From assembly GCF_006345805.1 (NCBI RefSeq), contig NC_042998.1, forward strand, positions 34,906,001 to 34,970,000: 64,000 bases of DNA, written 5' to 3'. The stretch comes from Octopus sinensis (lineage: Eukaryota). Below the pieces are notes generated by a model, which was not told where the DNA came from, searched no databases, and saw only the letters and a program-made list of their open reading frames with translations. Below are positions 61,832-64,000 of this stretch, one piece after another. The first letter of the stretch is position 1, and every line of letters starts with the position of its first letter. A program made the translations under genes and the position numbers.

Positions 61832-64000
61832 ATATCAGTAACGTAATATTCATTTATGTGAACATGTAAGGTGTATTATTATTTGCACAAAATCGCAGCT
61901 TGCGAAAACCATAAGTTGTTGGAGTAGTGACGTAATGATCGGCTTTTAACCTAAGCTTCGTCGTTCTCTTGGTGAATACGCTTTGTTCTGGCTGTCAGAA
62001 ACCATTGTGTGCAAAGTATAGTGCATTAGGATACGAAAGATTAGAAAGTTAGTTTGAAGTTTTGAAATCAAATATTCATTAACAAGCCATGGGGAACCTT
62101 CAGAAATTTAGAACCATGTCAGCAAGATTCGGTTAACCTTTTCCAAATGAATGTAATTATCGTTTCTGATTTAACCATATGTAATAACTCGTGTGTTGTA
62201 TTTCATTGCATGTTGTATTCCGATAACAAGACAACACCACAACGAAAACAGTCAGACGAATATTAAAGCGCTAATAGAATGTGCTATTACAAATATATTA
62301 ATGTATCGAAATGATTTTCAGTTTAAATATAAAGTAGAAAACTGTTATTAAGCCTCAGTAACCTTATATATTCTCTGGTGAATTCCTTCGTTCGTGACTT
62401 TTAAACATCAACAGAAAAGATAAACTTCTAAAACATCGTTCTCTTTAAAATTTAATTCATTGTGTTCCCGTGTATTGGTGTCTAATCTTTATACAATTGA
62501 TATCAAAAGATTTGCCATTTATAGCAGAAGATCTGATCTATGTAAAATATTTGTAGTATATGAAAAAGTTAAATTGTTTCTGTCAGAAGCCAGAAAATGT
62601 GGTTAACTTCGCCGCATCCTACTTTTGCTTTCTAAACAATGTATAAAACTCGACTTTATAAATTAATTATATCGTAGTAATTGCTATACTAATCAGTATC
62701 ATTGATGTCTCAAATATTACAACTGAAGTGTTACCCAGGGTTGTTTCAATGGAAATGAATAAAATGTTCACAGCATATTTTTTTATACAAAATTTTCTGT
62801 TTTCTTTTCTTAAAGAGTTGTGTTGTTTAGCCGCAGGTCAGCTCTCATTTTGATTAAAGTAGATTTTGGTTAATGATATTCCAGCTATTACTAAAGATGT
62901 CCCAGTTAAATTGAAGATAGATTAAATAATACGTCCTTTCTTAAGACGGTAGGATCTAACTTGAGGGGCATGGTCGGTCAGCCTGCTTGTCACTTATAGA
63001 GAGTGGAGGAGATACAAATACGAGGTGTCCAGTGATGGTAAAATATTCTGTGCAGAGCTACCCAGAAGGCCATTACAAGTGTATGGCGTCGTCAAATACC
63101 TTTATTCAATGACTCCATAAAGAGAGACTCCGAAAACAATTGCCAATCTCGTAATGCTAGTTTTGTCACTCTCAGCGGCTTGAAAGAAAATTATTTCACA
63201 AACATATTGACGCATCACTCGATATGACCAGCTAATAGCAAGTAGTTGAAGTCACTATGGAAGTCGTAAGGAATGGCATGGAAAAAGTATCTGTAAAGGT
63301 CAGAAAGATATATTCTTAGGGGATGGTCATATTCTGTATAAACCGCTTGTGAGTAAAAGAATGATTTATTATTAATATATTTTACTATTTTACTTTGCTT
63401 TAAAGCCACAAAATGGTCCGGAAGAATAATGGTAAAAATAATTAGATCATTGAGATGACGGTGTTGAAAAGCCATTTCCACTATAAACATGAGACCAGTA
63501 AGATGGGGTGGGGTACTTCGATGAAATCCACCCCATTATTTGACAAATAATATATTTCATCAGCTGCAGTGGGATTCGAAGACGAGAGTATAAGCTTTTT
63601 ATAAGAAAGGAAATTTGAAGTTCCAATTTCTTGGATAAGTTCCCCGGTTTACCTTGGTTTAATGACATTAGTATCAGAAACTCTTTGTTCTGTGCACGAA
63701 ATATAGAGTAAATAGTAATATTCGAGTTTTACGCTTCTACCAAATATTAGCAACTATTCGATAACTGAATTCTGAGAAATGTCCGAGGGTTTACGAAAGA
63801 TTATCACAAGATATATTTAAGGAAGCATTGGTTATTGTCAAATATTTTTACTTATGTAATCTAAACTTGAACATAGCTAAACATTAACCTCTGTATTTTC
63901 ATTGAACAGTGTTAAAATATGCCACCGCAATATGAAAGAACTGCATCAAAGCAATTTATTTAATGTGCACGGAGCCATTTCACAAATTACTAGAATGGTG

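Noticed and set aside
62950-63720. Stop-poor unique region with several splice-like sites on both strands
   Set aside because: Every long frame has stops and no consistent exon chain or domain could be built.

Overview
Eukaryotic, AT-rich, repeat-dominated non-coding DNA. It is most likely intronic or intergenic octopus (coleoid cephalopod) sequence, inferred from the tRNA-headed SINE repertoire and the extreme (TA)n/(CA)n/(GATA)n/(TAA)n load. No intact host gene or recognisable host protein domain was found, and most ORF-track entries are microsatellite or SINE artefacts. Supported content: (i) more than 30 copies of three tRNA-derived SINE families with 11-18 bp TSDs and interchangeable tails; (ii) decayed Tc1/mariner transposons (full-length Hsmar1-like mariner, full-length DD36E-like Tc1, two maT/DD37D relics, a mariner fragment); (iii) piggyBac-, Merlin- and hAT-like MITEs and foldback elements; (iv) R4/Dong-like RLE LINE relics next to microsatellites. 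The most interesting signal is seven minimal type-I hammerhead ribozyme motifs from three unrelated small repeat families of probable Penelope-like origin. One family carries a compensatory G3-C8 core swap, one an A6->U core, and one sits behind an intact Pol III tRNA-type promoter (a SINE/retrozyme-like element). All ribozyme calls are hand-folded and their activity is untested. A few splice-bounded micro-exon candidates hint at a host gene but are low confidence.
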